Origin: Chitinophagales bacterium
Lineage (GTDB): Bacteria > Bacteroidota > Bacteroidia > Chitinophagales > JADIYW01
DNA: 64,000 nt
Assembly: GCA_020636535.1 (NCBI GenBank)
Contig: JACJXT010000011.1
Location: 1,202,151 to 1,266,150 of the forward strand
Direction: 5' to 3'
Made by a program: the position numbers and the translations under genes. Shown piece by piece: positions 10,029-19,531 of this stretch. The notes under the pieces were generated by a model. That model worked only from the letters and a program-made list of their open reading frames with translations. It made no database searches and was not told the DNA's origin. Within the stretch, counting starts at the first letter, position 1. Every line of letters starts with the position of its first letter.

Positions 10029-10412
10029 ATGAAAAAAGTTACAGGAATTGGTGGCATTTTTTTTAAATGTAACGACTCAAAAGCAGTAAAAGATTGGTAC
10101 AAAGAGCATTTAGGTTTTAATACAGACGACTATGGTGCTTCTTTTCAATTTATAGATGCAGATAAAAAGACCAAAGCAATTTTACAATGGAGCCCGTTTG
10201 CAAAAGATACTAAGTATTTCCAACCATCAGAAAAAGAATTTATGATTAACTACAGAGTAGAAAACATAGAAGCTTTAGTAGAAGAATTAAAAGCCAATGG
10301 CGTTACTGTTTTAGATGAAATTGCAAGCTATGACTATGGTAAATTTGTACATATCTTAGACTTAGAAAATAACAAAATAGAACTTTGGGAACCAATAGAT
10401 GAAGTCTTATAA
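10029..10412 (+). CDS. VOC (glyoxalase/bleomycin-resistance) family protein
   Basis: 127 aa. GIGGIFFKCND start and a KIELWEP end are typical of small VOC proteins. Confidence 0.55.
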   Translation: MKKVTGIGGIFFKCNDSKAVKDWYKEHLGFNTDDYGASFQFIDADKKTKAILQWSPFAKDTKYFQPSEKEFMINYRVENIEALVEELKANGVTVLDEIASYDYGKFVHILDLENNKIELWEPIDEVL

Positions 10413-10435
10413 TAAATGAGTTAAAATAATATACT

Positions 10436-11254
10436 ATGAGAAATTTTTATTTACTACTAATAGTGATGTTTTTTATAACAGCATGTACACCTGATGATAT
10501 TGCAACTCAAGTTGATAATAGAATTAAATCTTTAACTATAATTTCTGGTGTAGATTCAGTCAAATATGATTTTTTATACAATAACAACCAAGTAGTACAA
10601 GTATTAAAAAATAATAACTTATATGCAGATGTAAATTATGGAAATCTAAATGCTACAATTATTAAATACTATCCATATACCGACACATTTTTAGTAAGTT
10701 ATACTATAAACAATTATATAAATACAATTATTGGCGAAAATAGAATAAAAAGCTTTTATAGAAACAATACAGAAGAACTTGATTCTATACGAAATATTGA
10801 CAATAGTATTTCTTTATATCATAATAATATTTCATTAGAAAAAAATAATATTATATATTATAATCAATTATTACCGTACACTTGTGGTTTTTATAATACT
10901 TGTTATTCAGATTCAAGAGATACAATTTTGTATACAAACTATGCCATACAAACTAATCTTCCAGAGCAATTTATTAGTGTGCCAATAAGTGAAGGTATTA
11001 GTTTGTTTGAATTAAATCCTATTTATATTATGCAATTAAGTGGTATCTTATCGTATAAACCATGTAAGAACTTAAGAGCAGAATGGAAAACTCGATATTC
11101 TATTTTAATTACACAATCAACTCCAAACAGATTTCATTTTAAATATGAATACCTATATGATAATATTAATAGAGTAACTAAAATCAATATTTTTAATATT
11201 GCAAATAACGAAAATTATTTGTTTAAAACTTATTTGATTTCATATTTTTTATAA
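10436..11254 (+). CDS. hypothetical lipoprotein
   Basis: Signal peptide with lipobox (FFITAC). Asn/Tyr-rich. No motif recognised. Confidence 0.4.
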   Translation: MRNFYLLLIVMFFITACTPDDIATQVDNRIKSLTIISGVDSVKYDFLYNNNQVVQVLKNNNLYADVNYGNLNATIIKYYPYTDTFLVSYTINNYINTIIGENRIKSFYRNNTEELDSIRNIDNSISLYHNNISLEKNNIIYYNQLLPYTCGFYNTCYSDSRDTILYTNYAIQTNLPEQFISVPISEGISLFELNPIYIMQLSGILSYKPCKNLRAEWKTRYSILITQSTPNRFHFKYEYLYDNINRVTKINIFNIANNENYLFKTYLISYFL

Positions 11255-11352
11255 AAAGATAGGATTTCAGTTTTGATACATTATTTATACTGTTTAAAAA
11301 TATTTTTCTCCATTTAGTAAACATTTTAGCTACTCTGTTGTTCTCTTTGTCG

Positions 11353-13734
11353 ATGAAGCAATTATTTTTTCTAATAAGTCAATTTACTTTAATTAGTTTA
11401 TTTGCACAAACAGGTGTTATTACTGGTACTATATACGATGAAATTAATAATGAACCATTAATTGGAGCTAATATTTTAATTCAAAATACCAATTATGGAG
11501 CCATTACAGATGTAGATGGAAACTATACCATCGAAAATTTACCTACTGGTTTGTATAATGTACAAGTAACTTATATAGGATATCAAACACAAACTCGTTT
11601 TGAAGTAGAAGTAACCAATGCAAAGCCAGTCATCATCAACTTTGCAATGGCAGAAGAAACTATGTTTTTAGATTCTATCGTAATTAAAGCTAATCCATTT
11701 GAAAAAAAATCAGAATCACCTTTGTCATTTGTAGAAATTGGTATTGATGAAATTCAAAGAAATCCAGGTGGAAATAGAGATATTTCTAGAGCCATACAAA
11801 ACTTACCAGGCGTAGCAACTGGCGTAGGTTATAGAAACGATTTATTAGTAAGAGGTGGTGCTCCAAGCGAAAATAAATTTTTGTTAGATGATATAGAAAT
11901 TCCTACAATAAATCACTTTGCAACTCAAGGAGCTTCTGGTGGCTCTAACGGAATTTTAAATGTAGATTTTATTAATAATGCAAGTTTTTATACTGGAGCA
12001 TTTCCTGCCAATTATAGCAATGCCATGAGTTCTGTGCTTAAATTAACTCAAAAAGAAGGTAGAAAAGACAAGCTAGGCATGAACTTTACTTTAGGTGCTA
12101 GCGAAGCTGGAATTACACTAGAAGGTCCTTTAACCAAGAAAAAGAAAACTACTTTCTTACTAAATGGTCGCTATTCTTATTTACAAGGATTATTTAAGTT
12201 GATTGGTTTGCCATTTCTTCCATCTTATACTGATGTGCAAACTAAAGTAATGCATAAGTTCAACAATAAACACGACATTACATTTATAGGTGTTGGTGCT
12301 TTTGATAAATTGAGATTAAATAAAAACCTTACAGAAACAGCAGACCAACGATATTTACTTAGAACTTTACCACAACAAGAACAGTGGAATTATACTATTG
12401 GTGCTAGATATAGATACTATAAAGACAATAGCAATATGTTATTTGTTTTGAGCAGAAGTAGTTTTGGAAATCATATTTATAAATATAACAATAATATTGA
12501 AACTAATAATGAATTATATGATTTGAATGCTAAAGAAAGCGAAAATAAATTTAGATTTGAACATACTTATAGAGTCAATAGCTATAAAATTGCGTATGGA
12601 TTAAATGCAGAATATAATTATTATAACACTACTACCAGTAATTTTGTATTAATAGATTCCAATTTAGTCGATATTAACTACAAGTCTAATTTAAACTTAG
12701 CAAAGTATGGTTTATTTGCTCAAGTAAGTAGAAGTTTTATAGATGATAAGTTGAGTTTATCTTTTGGCGTTCGTCTCGATGGATTATCGTACAATAAAAA
12801 AATGGCAAATCTGTTGAATCAAATTTCACCAAGATTTTCTTTAAGCTATGCTATATTACCACAACTCAGTTTTAATTTTAATACAGGAATTTATTATCAA
12901 ACACCACAATACACAACACTTGGCTATAGAGATAACAACAATAATTTAGTCAATAAAAATCAATTAGAATATATTAGAAACTACCAAGTAGTAGCAGGTT
13001 TCTCTTCTTCCTTCACAAGTAATACCAAAGTATCTGTAGAAGCATTTTATAAGTATTATAATCAATATCCATACTTAATTGAAAAAGGCATTGCATTAGC
13101 TAATTTAGGTGGCAATTATGGTTGGGTAGGCGATGAGCCAACTACATCTACAGCAAAAGGAAAAACTTATGGTATAGAAGTTGCTGTTCAACAAAAACTG
13201 TGGAAAGGAATTTATGGTATTGCTTCTTACACTTGGTTTAGAAGTTTATTTACCGATAAAACACAAAGCTATCAGCCAAGTAGTTGGGACGCAAGACATG
13301 TTTTAAACATTACAACAGGTTATAAATTTAAACGCAATTGGGAAATTGGCATTAGATTTAATGTACAAGGTGCTTTGCCATACACACCATACGATACTAC
13401 TAATTTGGCTTTAATAGATGTTTGGAATGCAAGTAATGGTTTGCCTTTTTATAATTATGATGAAATTAATGCTATGCGACTTAAAGTACAGCATTCATTA
13501 AATTTAAGAGTAGATAAAAAATGGTTCTTTCAAAAATGGAATTTTAATATATACTTAGATATACAAAATTTGTACGCTAGTAAATTTCCAAATCAACCAA
13601 ATATAGATGTAGTACGAGATGCTAATGATACACCAATAGCCAATCCTAGCAATCCAAATAGTTATCAGTTGATATATTTAGAAAATAATAGTGGTAGTAC
13701 TATTCCATCAATAGGATTAGTCATTGGATTTTAG
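11353..13734 (+). CDS. TonB-dependent receptor with N-terminal carboxypeptidase-regulatory-like domain
   Basis: Signal peptide from the ATG at 11353 (the track ORF starts at an upstream TTG). GVITGTIYDE...GANILIQNTNYGAITDVDGNYTIENLPTGLYNVQVTYIGY is a CarboxypepD_reg domain. A plug region and an aromatic-terminal beta-barrel follow (ends ...GLVIGF). Confidence 0.8.
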   Translation: MKQLFFLISQFTLISLFAQTGVITGTIYDEINNEPLIGANILIQNTNYGAITDVDGNYTIENLPTGLYNVQVTYIGYQTQTRFEVEVTNAKPVIINFAMAEETMFLDSIVIKANPFEKKSESPLSFVEIGIDEIQRNPGGNRDISRAIQNLPGVATGVGYRNDLLVRGGAPSENKFLLDDIEIPTINHFATQGASGGSNGILNVDFINNASFYTGAFPANYSNAMSSVLKLTQKEGRKDKLGMNFTLGASEAGITLEGPLTKKKKTTFLLNGRYSYLQGLFKLIGLPFLPSYTDVQTKVMHKFNNKHDITFIGVGAFDKLRLNKNLTETADQRYLLRTLPQQEQWNYTIGARYRYYKDNSNMLFVLSRSSFGNHIYKYNNNIETNNELYDLNAKESENKFRFEHTYRVNSYKIAYGLNAEYNYYNTTTSNFVLIDSNLVDINYKSNLNLAKYGLFAQVSRSFIDDKLSLSFGVRLDGLSYNKKMANLLNQISPRFSLSYAILPQLSFNFNTGIYYQTPQYTTLGYRDNNNNLVNKNQLEYIRNYQVVAGFSSSFTSNTKVSVEAFYKYYNQYPYLIEKGIALANLGGNYGWVGDEPTTSTAKGKTYGIEVAVQQKLWKGIYGIASYTWFRSLFTDKTQSYQPSSWDARHVLNITTGYKFKRNWEIGIRFNVQGALPYTPYDTTNLALIDVWNASNGLPFYNYDEINAMRLKVQHSLNLRVDKKWFFQKWNFNIYLDIQNLYASKFPNQPNIDVVRDANDTPIANPSNPNSYQLIYLENNSGSTIPSIGLVIGF

Positions 13735-13770
13735 TATATAGGTATATTCATATTTATTGGTCTCAAAAAT

Positions 13771-14340
13771 AGTTAAAACTATGCACTTTAGTGCATTTCG
13801 CTTTAGCTTCTAAAAATGTTTACTTTTGTAGTATGGAATACCAAAGGGTCAATGGTCATAGCATATCACGGCTTACAGTACATATTGTTTGGGCTACAAA
13901 ATATAGATATGCAGTATTGGAAGGAGATATAAAAGTAAGGTGTAGAAGTCTTTTGATGCAAATATGTGAAGCAGAAGATATTGTAATATTGAAAGGAGTA
14001 GTATCCAAAGATCATATTCATATGCATATAGAATATCGTCCATCACAATCAATAAGTAGCATGGTAAAATTATTGAAAGGACGCAGTTCACGAAAAATAC
14101 AGATAGAGTTTCCAGAGTTAAAGAAGAGATATTGGGGTCGTCATTTTTGGGCAATAGGTTATGGTTGCTGGAGTACAGGTAATATAACAGATGAAATGGT
14201 AAATGAATATTTAGAACATCATAGGAATCCAAATACGAACTCAAATGATAATTTTATAATTGAATAGAGAAGTACTGTCCGAAATAGGACTTTCAGTCCG
14301 TAACAAAACTATGGACTTTTAGTCCATAGTGGTTTATTTG
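13771..14340 (+). mobile_element. IS200/IS605-family insertion sequence, copy 2
   Basis: Same orientation and hairpins as copy 1. Identity with 1-570 ends exactly at ggtttatttg (14340 / 570). Confidence 0.85.
13833..14267 (+). CDS. tnpA: IS200/IS605 family Y1 transposase TnpA
   Basis: 4 aa differences from copy 1 (V/I, I/M, L/V, L/I). Same motifs. Confidence 0.85.
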   Translation: MEYQRVNGHSISRLTVHIVWATKYRYAVLEGDIKVRCRSLLMQICEAEDIVILKGVVSKDHIHMHIEYRPSQSISSMVKLLKGRSSRKIQIEFPELKKRYWGRHFWAIGYGCWSTGNITDEMVNEYLEHHRNPNTNSNDNFIIE

Positions 14341-14384
14341 ATTTTTATCATCAGTTAAAATCAATAAAATATTTATATTTGTAC

Positions 14385-15176
14385 ATGCAAAAACTGACTG
14401 TAGTAAAAATTGGTGGTAATGTAATAGATGACGAAACTCAATTACAACAGTTTTTACAAGTGTTTAGCACTATTCCAAATCCAAAAATACTAATTCATGG
14501 TGGAGGAAAGCTAGCTACTGCTATGGCAAAGCAACTCAATATTGCAAGTCAATTAGTAGATGGCAGAAGAATTACCGATGCAGCAACACTAAAAGTAGTA
14601 ACTATGGTATATGCTGGATTAATCAATAAAAATATAGTAGCAACACTACAAGCACAACAAAATAATGCAATTGGATTAACTGGTGCTGATGCTAATCTAA
14701 TACAAGCTCACAAAAGAGAAAATGCAAGTATTGATTATGGTTATGTTGGAGATATAGATATTGTTAATAGTAATTTTTTGAATGATTTATTGACTCAAAA
14801 TATAGTTCCAGTAATTGCTCCAATTACGCATAATAAACAAGGACAGCTACTCAATACCAATGCAGATACCATTGCTTCTTCTATTGCAATTGCATTATCC
14901 AATCAATATCAAGTGAGTTTGTTTTATTGTTTTGAAAAAAAAGGATTGCTTTACGATGTAGCTAATGATGAAAGCATCATCTCAAATATTACTTTAAGTG
15001 AAATAGAGGAATTGATTGACAAACAGATTATTACAGATGGCATGATTCCCAAAGTAAAAAACATAGAAAAAGCTATCAACAATGGTGTGCAAAAAATTAT
15101 TCTGTGTAATGCACACGATTTATTTTTAGTTAACGAGGATAATGCTATTTTTGGCACAACATTTTCAAAGGCATGA
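14385..15176 (+). CDS. argB: acetylglutamate kinase
   Basis: VVKIGGN start, HGGG motif, NTNADT motif. I use the ATG at 14385 rather than the upstream TTG. Confidence 0.85.
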   Translation: MQKLTVVKIGGNVIDDETQLQQFLQVFSTIPNPKILIHGGGKLATAMAKQLNIASQLVDGRRITDAATLKVVTMVYAGLINKNIVATLQAQQNNAIGLTGADANLIQAHKRENASIDYGYVGDIDIVNSNFLNDLLTQNIVPVIAPITHNKQGQLLNTNADTIASSIAIALSNQYQVSLFYCFEKKGLLYDVANDESIISNITLSEIEELIDKQIITDGMIPKVKNIEKAINNGVQKIILCNAHDLFLVNEDNAIFGTTFSKA

Positions 15177-16228
15177 ATGTAAACGAAGAACATATTATCA
15201 ACCTACTCAAATCACTTATAGAAACACCTTCTTATAGTAAAGAAGAAAAAGTGGCTGCTAAAATCGTTAGAGACTTTCTAAAACAAAATAAAATTGCTTT
15301 TGAAACTTCTGAAAATAATACTTGGAGCAAAAACAAACACTTTGATGTATCTAAACCTACAATTCTACTAAACTCTCATATTGATACAGTAAAACCAGTA
15401 AGTACTTGGAAAAAAAATCCACATAAAGCGACTAGTACTAAAGAAAAATTGTATGGCTTAGGTAGTAATGATGCTGGTGCTGCTTTAGTTTGTTTGCTAG
15501 GTACATTTTTACATTTTTACGACAAAGAAGATTTAAAATACAATTTAATATTTGCAGCTACTGCCGAAGAAGAAATTTCTGGTGCTAATGGTGTTGCATT
15601 ATTAGAAGAAGTAATAAAGTCGTGTAGCTTTGCCATAGTAGGTGAGCCAACAGAAATGAAAATGGCTGTAGCAGAAAAAGGTTTAATGGTAATTGATGCA
15701 GTAGTAAAAGGAAAATCTGGTCACGCTGCAAGAAATGAAGGCATTAATGCAATTTATAAAACAATGACTGATTTAGATTGGATTCAGAATTATCAATTTA
15801 AAAAGATAAATTCAGTATTAGGACCTATAAAAATGACGGTTACACAAATTAATGCAGGCACACAACACAATGTTATTCCAGATACTTGTAACTATGTAAT
15901 TGATATTCGTTCAATTCCTGAGTATACACATGAGCAAATTTTAGAAATTTTAACTGGAAATTTAAAAGCAGAAATAAAACCTCGTTCTACTAGATTAAAT
16001 CCATCAGCAATAGCAGAAGATCATCCAATTGCAGTTGCAGCAGATAAATTAGCCATAGAAAAATTTGGCTCTTCTACTTTGTCAGATCAAGCACTATTAA
16101 GTATTCCAAGTGTAAAAATTGGTCCAGGAAAATCAGAAAGATCACATACCGCTGATGAATATATTGAGTTTGCAGAAATCAAACAAGGATTAAAAATATA
16201 CACTAAACTCTTAGAGCAATTACTTTAA
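15173..16228 (+). CDS. argE: M20-family deacylase (acetylornithine deacetylase-like)
   Basis: LNSHIDTV, GSNDAGAA and AEEE metal-ligand motifs. The ATGA start overlaps the argB stop. Confidence 0.7.
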   Translation: MNVNEEHIINLLKSLIETPSYSKEEKVAAKIVRDFLKQNKIAFETSENNTWSKNKHFDVSKPTILLNSHIDTVKPVSTWKKNPHKATSTKEKLYGLGSNDAGAALVCLLGTFLHFYDKEDLKYNLIFAATAEEEISGANGVALLEEVIKSCSFAIVGEPTEMKMAVAEKGLMVIDAVVKGKSGHAARNEGINAIYKTMTDLDWIQNYQFKKINSVLGPIKMTVTQINAGTQHNVIPDTCNYVIDIRSIPEYTHEQILEILTGNLKAEIKPRSTRLNPSAIAEDHPIAVAADKLAIEKFGSSTLSDQALLSIPSVKIGPGKSERSHTADEYIEFAEIKQGLKIYTKLLEQLL

Positions 16229-16444
16229 TTTTTTCCAACAATATATTGGATAATGATAGCCAATATCATCAATTACTTCAAATTGACTACCACAATTAGT
16301 GCAAGAAATGTAGTATTTGGTATAATATTCTTGCTCGTAAACTACTCTTTTGTCAATGGTAATTTTACCTTCGTTTTCTAAATTCGTAGGAAATCTATTT
16401 ACGAAACCACCACCACTATCAAAGCTATCACAGTAACAACTCAT
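16220..16444 (-). CDS. small hypothetical protein, possible 4-Cys zinc ribbon
   Basis: 74 aa with CYC...CTNC cysteine pairs. Its 3' end overlaps the argE 3' end by 9 bp (convergent). Confidence 0.3.
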   Translation of the reverse strand: MSCYCDSFDSGGGFVNRFPTNLENEGKITIDKRVVYEQEYYTKYYISCTNCGSQFEVIDDIGYHYPIYCWKKLK

Positions 16445-16449
16445 GCTAT

Positions 16450-16908
16450 TTACTTTCCACCAAACAAATTGCCAAAATTGCCAAATAAGTCTTTGGCTTT
16501 TTCTTGTAAATCGTTGAGGTCTATTTTTTGCATAATTTTCTGAAAATCGAAATTGCCATTTTCATCAGTTAATTCTTTTTGTAAATTATCAAATAAAGAA
16601 TTTACCTGAAAGTCTTTTAGTTTGCTAGCAACATCTTCTGGCAATCCAACTTTAGTTTGTAAATCGTTAAATAAATTTTCTTTTAAATTATTTATTTTAG
16701 GATTATCTTTTATACTTTGAATGCCATTGCTAAGCAAATCGGTTACATTAGCAATGTTGCCTTTTAAAATATCATCTTTAAAGAAGTTTCTAAAATTATC
16801 AAACAAAACATTAACACTTTGCGTAGTTTGGTCGCTGTTCAATCCAAATTTATCTTGTACTTGCTGTTGTATAGTAGACTCTATATTCTTAAATAATTCC
16901 TCAATCAT
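16450..16908 (-). CDS. hypothetical protein
   Basis: 152-aa acidic, helical-looking ORF ending in a GNFGNLFGGK tail. No motif recognised. Confidence 0.4.
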   Translation of the reverse strand: MIEELFKNIESTIQQQVQDKFGLNSDQTTQSVNVLFDNFRNFFKDDILKGNIANVTDLLSNGIQSIKDNPKINNLKENLFNDLQTKVGLPEDVASKLKDFQVNSLFDNLQKELTDENGNFDFQKIMQKIDLNDLQEKAKDLFGNFGNLFGGK

Positions 16909-16966
16909 AAAAATCTTTTTAAATTCGTTATAAATTTAATACTTTAATTGCAATTAAAACAAGAAT

Positions 16967-18358
16967 ATGCAGATACAATTTTGTGGAGCAGCTAAAACAG
17001 TAACAGGTAGTTGTCATTTATTAACGCTAGATAATGGTAAAAAAATATTATTAGATTGTGGTTTATATCAAGGAAGTTCAATTGAAATGAGAGATTTTAA
17101 TAGTATATGGTATTTTAATCCTGCGGAAATTGATACCATTATATTGTCTCATGCACACATCGATCATTCTGGCAGAATTCCAAAATTGGTAAAAGATGGT
17201 TTTAGAGGAAAAATTTACTGTACTTCTGCTACACGAGATTTATGTGCTATTATGTTGTTAGATAGTGCTTTTATTCAAGAAAGTGAAGCTAGACAGCAAT
17301 CGAAAAGAGAACACAAAGAAATAAAACCATTGTATACAGAAGATGATGTGAAGCTAACCTTAAAACTATTTAGAACTGTAGAATATGATAAACATTTTTA
17401 TATAGAAAATAATGTAAAAGTTTGTTTTAGAGATGCAGGTCATATTTTAGGAAGTGCTACAGTTACACTAGATATTGAAACTGAAAATAAAAATATAAGA
17501 ATTGGTTTTACTGGAGATGTTGGACGATACGACAGACCTATTTTAAAAGATCCAACACCAATGCCAATTTGCGATTATCTTATTTCTGAGTCGACTTATG
17601 GTGGTGTAACACATGAAGAAAGTCCGGTAGAAAATGATAAGCTAGTAAAAATTATATATGAAACATGTATAGATAATAAAGGGAAATTAATTATTCCAGC
17701 TTTTAGTGTAGGAAGAACACAAGAAATTTTACATCGATTAGATCAATTAGAACACGATGGTATTTTGCCTAATATTCCAGTGTATGTAGATAGTCCGTTG
17801 GCAATAAATGCTACAGAAATTTTTAGAATACATCCAGAATGTATGGACGATGATATGCACAAATATATGTTGCACGATGATAATCCATTTGGTTGGAACA
17901 ATATGAAATATGTAAAAAATAGCGAACGATCTAAAGCAATTAATCAGTCAGATGAAGCTTGTATTATCATAGCAGCATCAGGAATGGCAGAAGCTGGTAG
18001 AGTGAAGCATCATATATTTCATCAAATAGAGAATGCAAACAATACTATTTTAATAGTGGGTTATTGTGCCGAAAATACACTAGGAGCTAAGTTGGTGAAA
18101 AAGCCAGATGAAGTTAAAATTTTTGGTATATTAAAAAAGGTAAATGCTAGAATTGAAGTTTTAGGTAGTATGAGTGCACATGCAGATACACCAGAACTAC
18201 TACGATTTTTTGAAAGTCAAAATAAAAGTAGCATGAAGCAATTTTTCTTAGTGCATGGCGAAGAAAAACGACAAGTACGATTGAAAAACATTTTAGAAGA
18301 ACAAGGATATCACGATATTGTTATTCCAGAGCTAGGAGAGAGTTTTGTTATTGAGTAA
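16967..18358 (+). CDS. MBL-fold metallo-hydrolase of the beta-CASP (RNA-metabolising) type
   Basis: HAHIDHSG zinc motif, a later DAGHILGS, SESTYG, and a C-terminal SAHAD...VHGE pattern as in beta-CASP nucleases. Confidence 0.8.
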   Translation: MQIQFCGAAKTVTGSCHLLTLDNGKKILLDCGLYQGSSIEMRDFNSIWYFNPAEIDTIILSHAHIDHSGRIPKLVKDGFRGKIYCTSATRDLCAIMLLDSAFIQESEARQQSKREHKEIKPLYTEDDVKLTLKLFRTVEYDKHFYIENNVKVCFRDAGHILGSATVTLDIETENKNIRIGFTGDVGRYDRPILKDPTPMPICDYLISESTYGGVTHEESPVENDKLVKIIYETCIDNKGKLIIPAFSVGRTQEILHRLDQLEHDGILPNIPVYVDSPLAINATEIFRIHPECMDDDMHKYMLHDDNPFGWNNMKYVKNSERSKAINQSDEACIIIAASGMAEAGRVKHHIFHQIENANNTILIVGYCAENTLGAKLVKKPDEVKIFGILKKVNARIEVLGSMSAHADTPELLRFFESQNKSSMKQFFLVHGEEKRQVRLKNILEEQGYHDIVIPELGESFVIE

Positions 18359-18367
18359 ATTACAGTC

Positions 18368-18932
18368 TTCCTTCTAAAAATCTATTAAATTATTTTTTAT
18401 AGTATATTTTACTATATTTATGCCATGGTTCGTGTCTCACGAAACAAATATGAAGTAAAAATTTTCGTAATAAATTTCTAATGCTTAGGTATATTCAAGC
18501 AATTTTTCTTAGTGCATGGAGAAGAAAAAAGACAAGTACTTTCTTCTAAAAATCTATTAAATTATTTTTATAGCATATTTTACTATATTTATGCCATGGT
18601 TCGTGTCTCACGAAACAAATATGAAGTAAAAATTTTCGTAATAAATTTCTAATGCTTAGGTATATTCAAGCAATTTTCTTTATTACACGGCGAAGAAAAA
18701 CAACAAGTACTTTCTTCTAAAAATCTATTAAATTATTTTTTATAGCATATTTTACTATATTTATGCCATGGTTCGTGTCTCACGAAACAAATATGAAGTA
18801 AAATTTTTCACAATAAGTTTCTAATACTTAGGTATATTCAAGCAATTTTCTTTATTACACGGAGAAGAAAAACAACAAGTACTTTCTTCTAAAAATCTAT
18901 TAAATTATTCTTTATAGCATATTTTACTATAT
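18368..18932. repeat. tandem array, 3 full units of 171-172 bp plus a terminal partial unit
   Basis: Units start at 18368, 18540, 18711 and 18883. Each unit has three parts. B (50 nt) is a copy of the last 14 codons, stop and 6 nt of the response-regulator gene. C (79 nt) carries the hairpin ttcgtg-tct-cacgaa. A (43 nt) is a copy of 18236-18278 inside the MBL gene. The last B is the real 3' end of 18889-19530. Confidence 0.9.
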
Positions 18933-19530
18933 CCAGAGTTGTGCTAACACCTAGTTTATCAAAGATTTTGTATTTGTGAGTGTCTACTGTACTCGTAGAT
19001 AGATTAAGCGTATTGGCAATTTCTTTGTACGACATACCTTCTGCAAACAGTCGTACTATTTCTAATTCTCTATCAGTAAGTATTTTGTCTTTATATAAAT
19101 TCGGATTGATATCTTGTTCTGCTTTAATATTTTGTATTTGTGCTACAATATCACTAGAAAAATAAGATTGATGATTTAATACAGTTGCTATAGCAATCAG
19201 TAATTCATCGTTAGAAGAAGATTTGCTTACAAAACCATCGAAACCAATTTTAGTACATTGTGCAAGCGTATGATCATCAGTAGAAGAGGAGAGTCCTATA
19301 ATTTTTATACTTAGATTGTCTTTTTTAATTTGTTTAGCAATATAAATACCAGAATCACCACCTAAACGAATATCTAATAATATAATATGTATTTCATTAT
19401 TGTTTAATGCATCTTCTAAAGCCATCAAATCACTAACCATTGCTATAACTTTGTATTGGCTACCTAAAAGCAATGCTTTAATTCCTTGTGCTACAATTTT
19501 ATGGTCTTCAACAATAATTACACTATACAT
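18889..19530 (-). CDS. LuxR/NarL-family response regulator (REC + HTH)
   Basis: REC domain (IIVEDH...ILLDIRLGGDSG...), then LTDRELEIVRLFAEGMSYKEIANTLNLSTSTVDTHKYKIFDKLGV. It starts 1 nt after the kinase stop. Confidence 0.85.
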   Translation of the reverse strand: MYSVIIVEDHKIVAQGIKALLLGSQYKVIAMVSDLMALEDALNNNEIHIILLDIRLGGDSGIYIAKQIKKDNLSIKIIGLSSSTDDHTLAQCTKIGFDGFVSKSSSNDELLIAIATVLNHQSYFSSDIVAQIQNIKAEQDINPNLYKDKILTDRELEIVRLFAEGMSYKEIANTLNLSTSTVDTHKYKIFDKLGVSTTLDIVKYAIKNNLIDF

Positions 19531-19531
19531 A

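Noticed and set aside
10331-10343. Extra occurrence of gactatggtaaa resembling the island element core
   Set aside because: It lies inside the VOC-family coding sequence. It lacks the palindromic half-sites and has no CTTTA at the +28 offset.
1-14340. The IS200 pair as a composite transposon carrying 13 kb
   Set aside because: IS200/IS605 elements transpose as single-stranded circles defined by their own hairpin ends and are not known to mobilise large composite segments. The cargo is ordinary housekeeping genes.
18368-18932. Regularly spaced repeats that could be mistaken for a CRISPR array
   Set aside because: The repeat period is 171-172 bp and the whole unit repeats. There are no unique spacers, no 25-40-bp repeat structure and no cas genes in the window.
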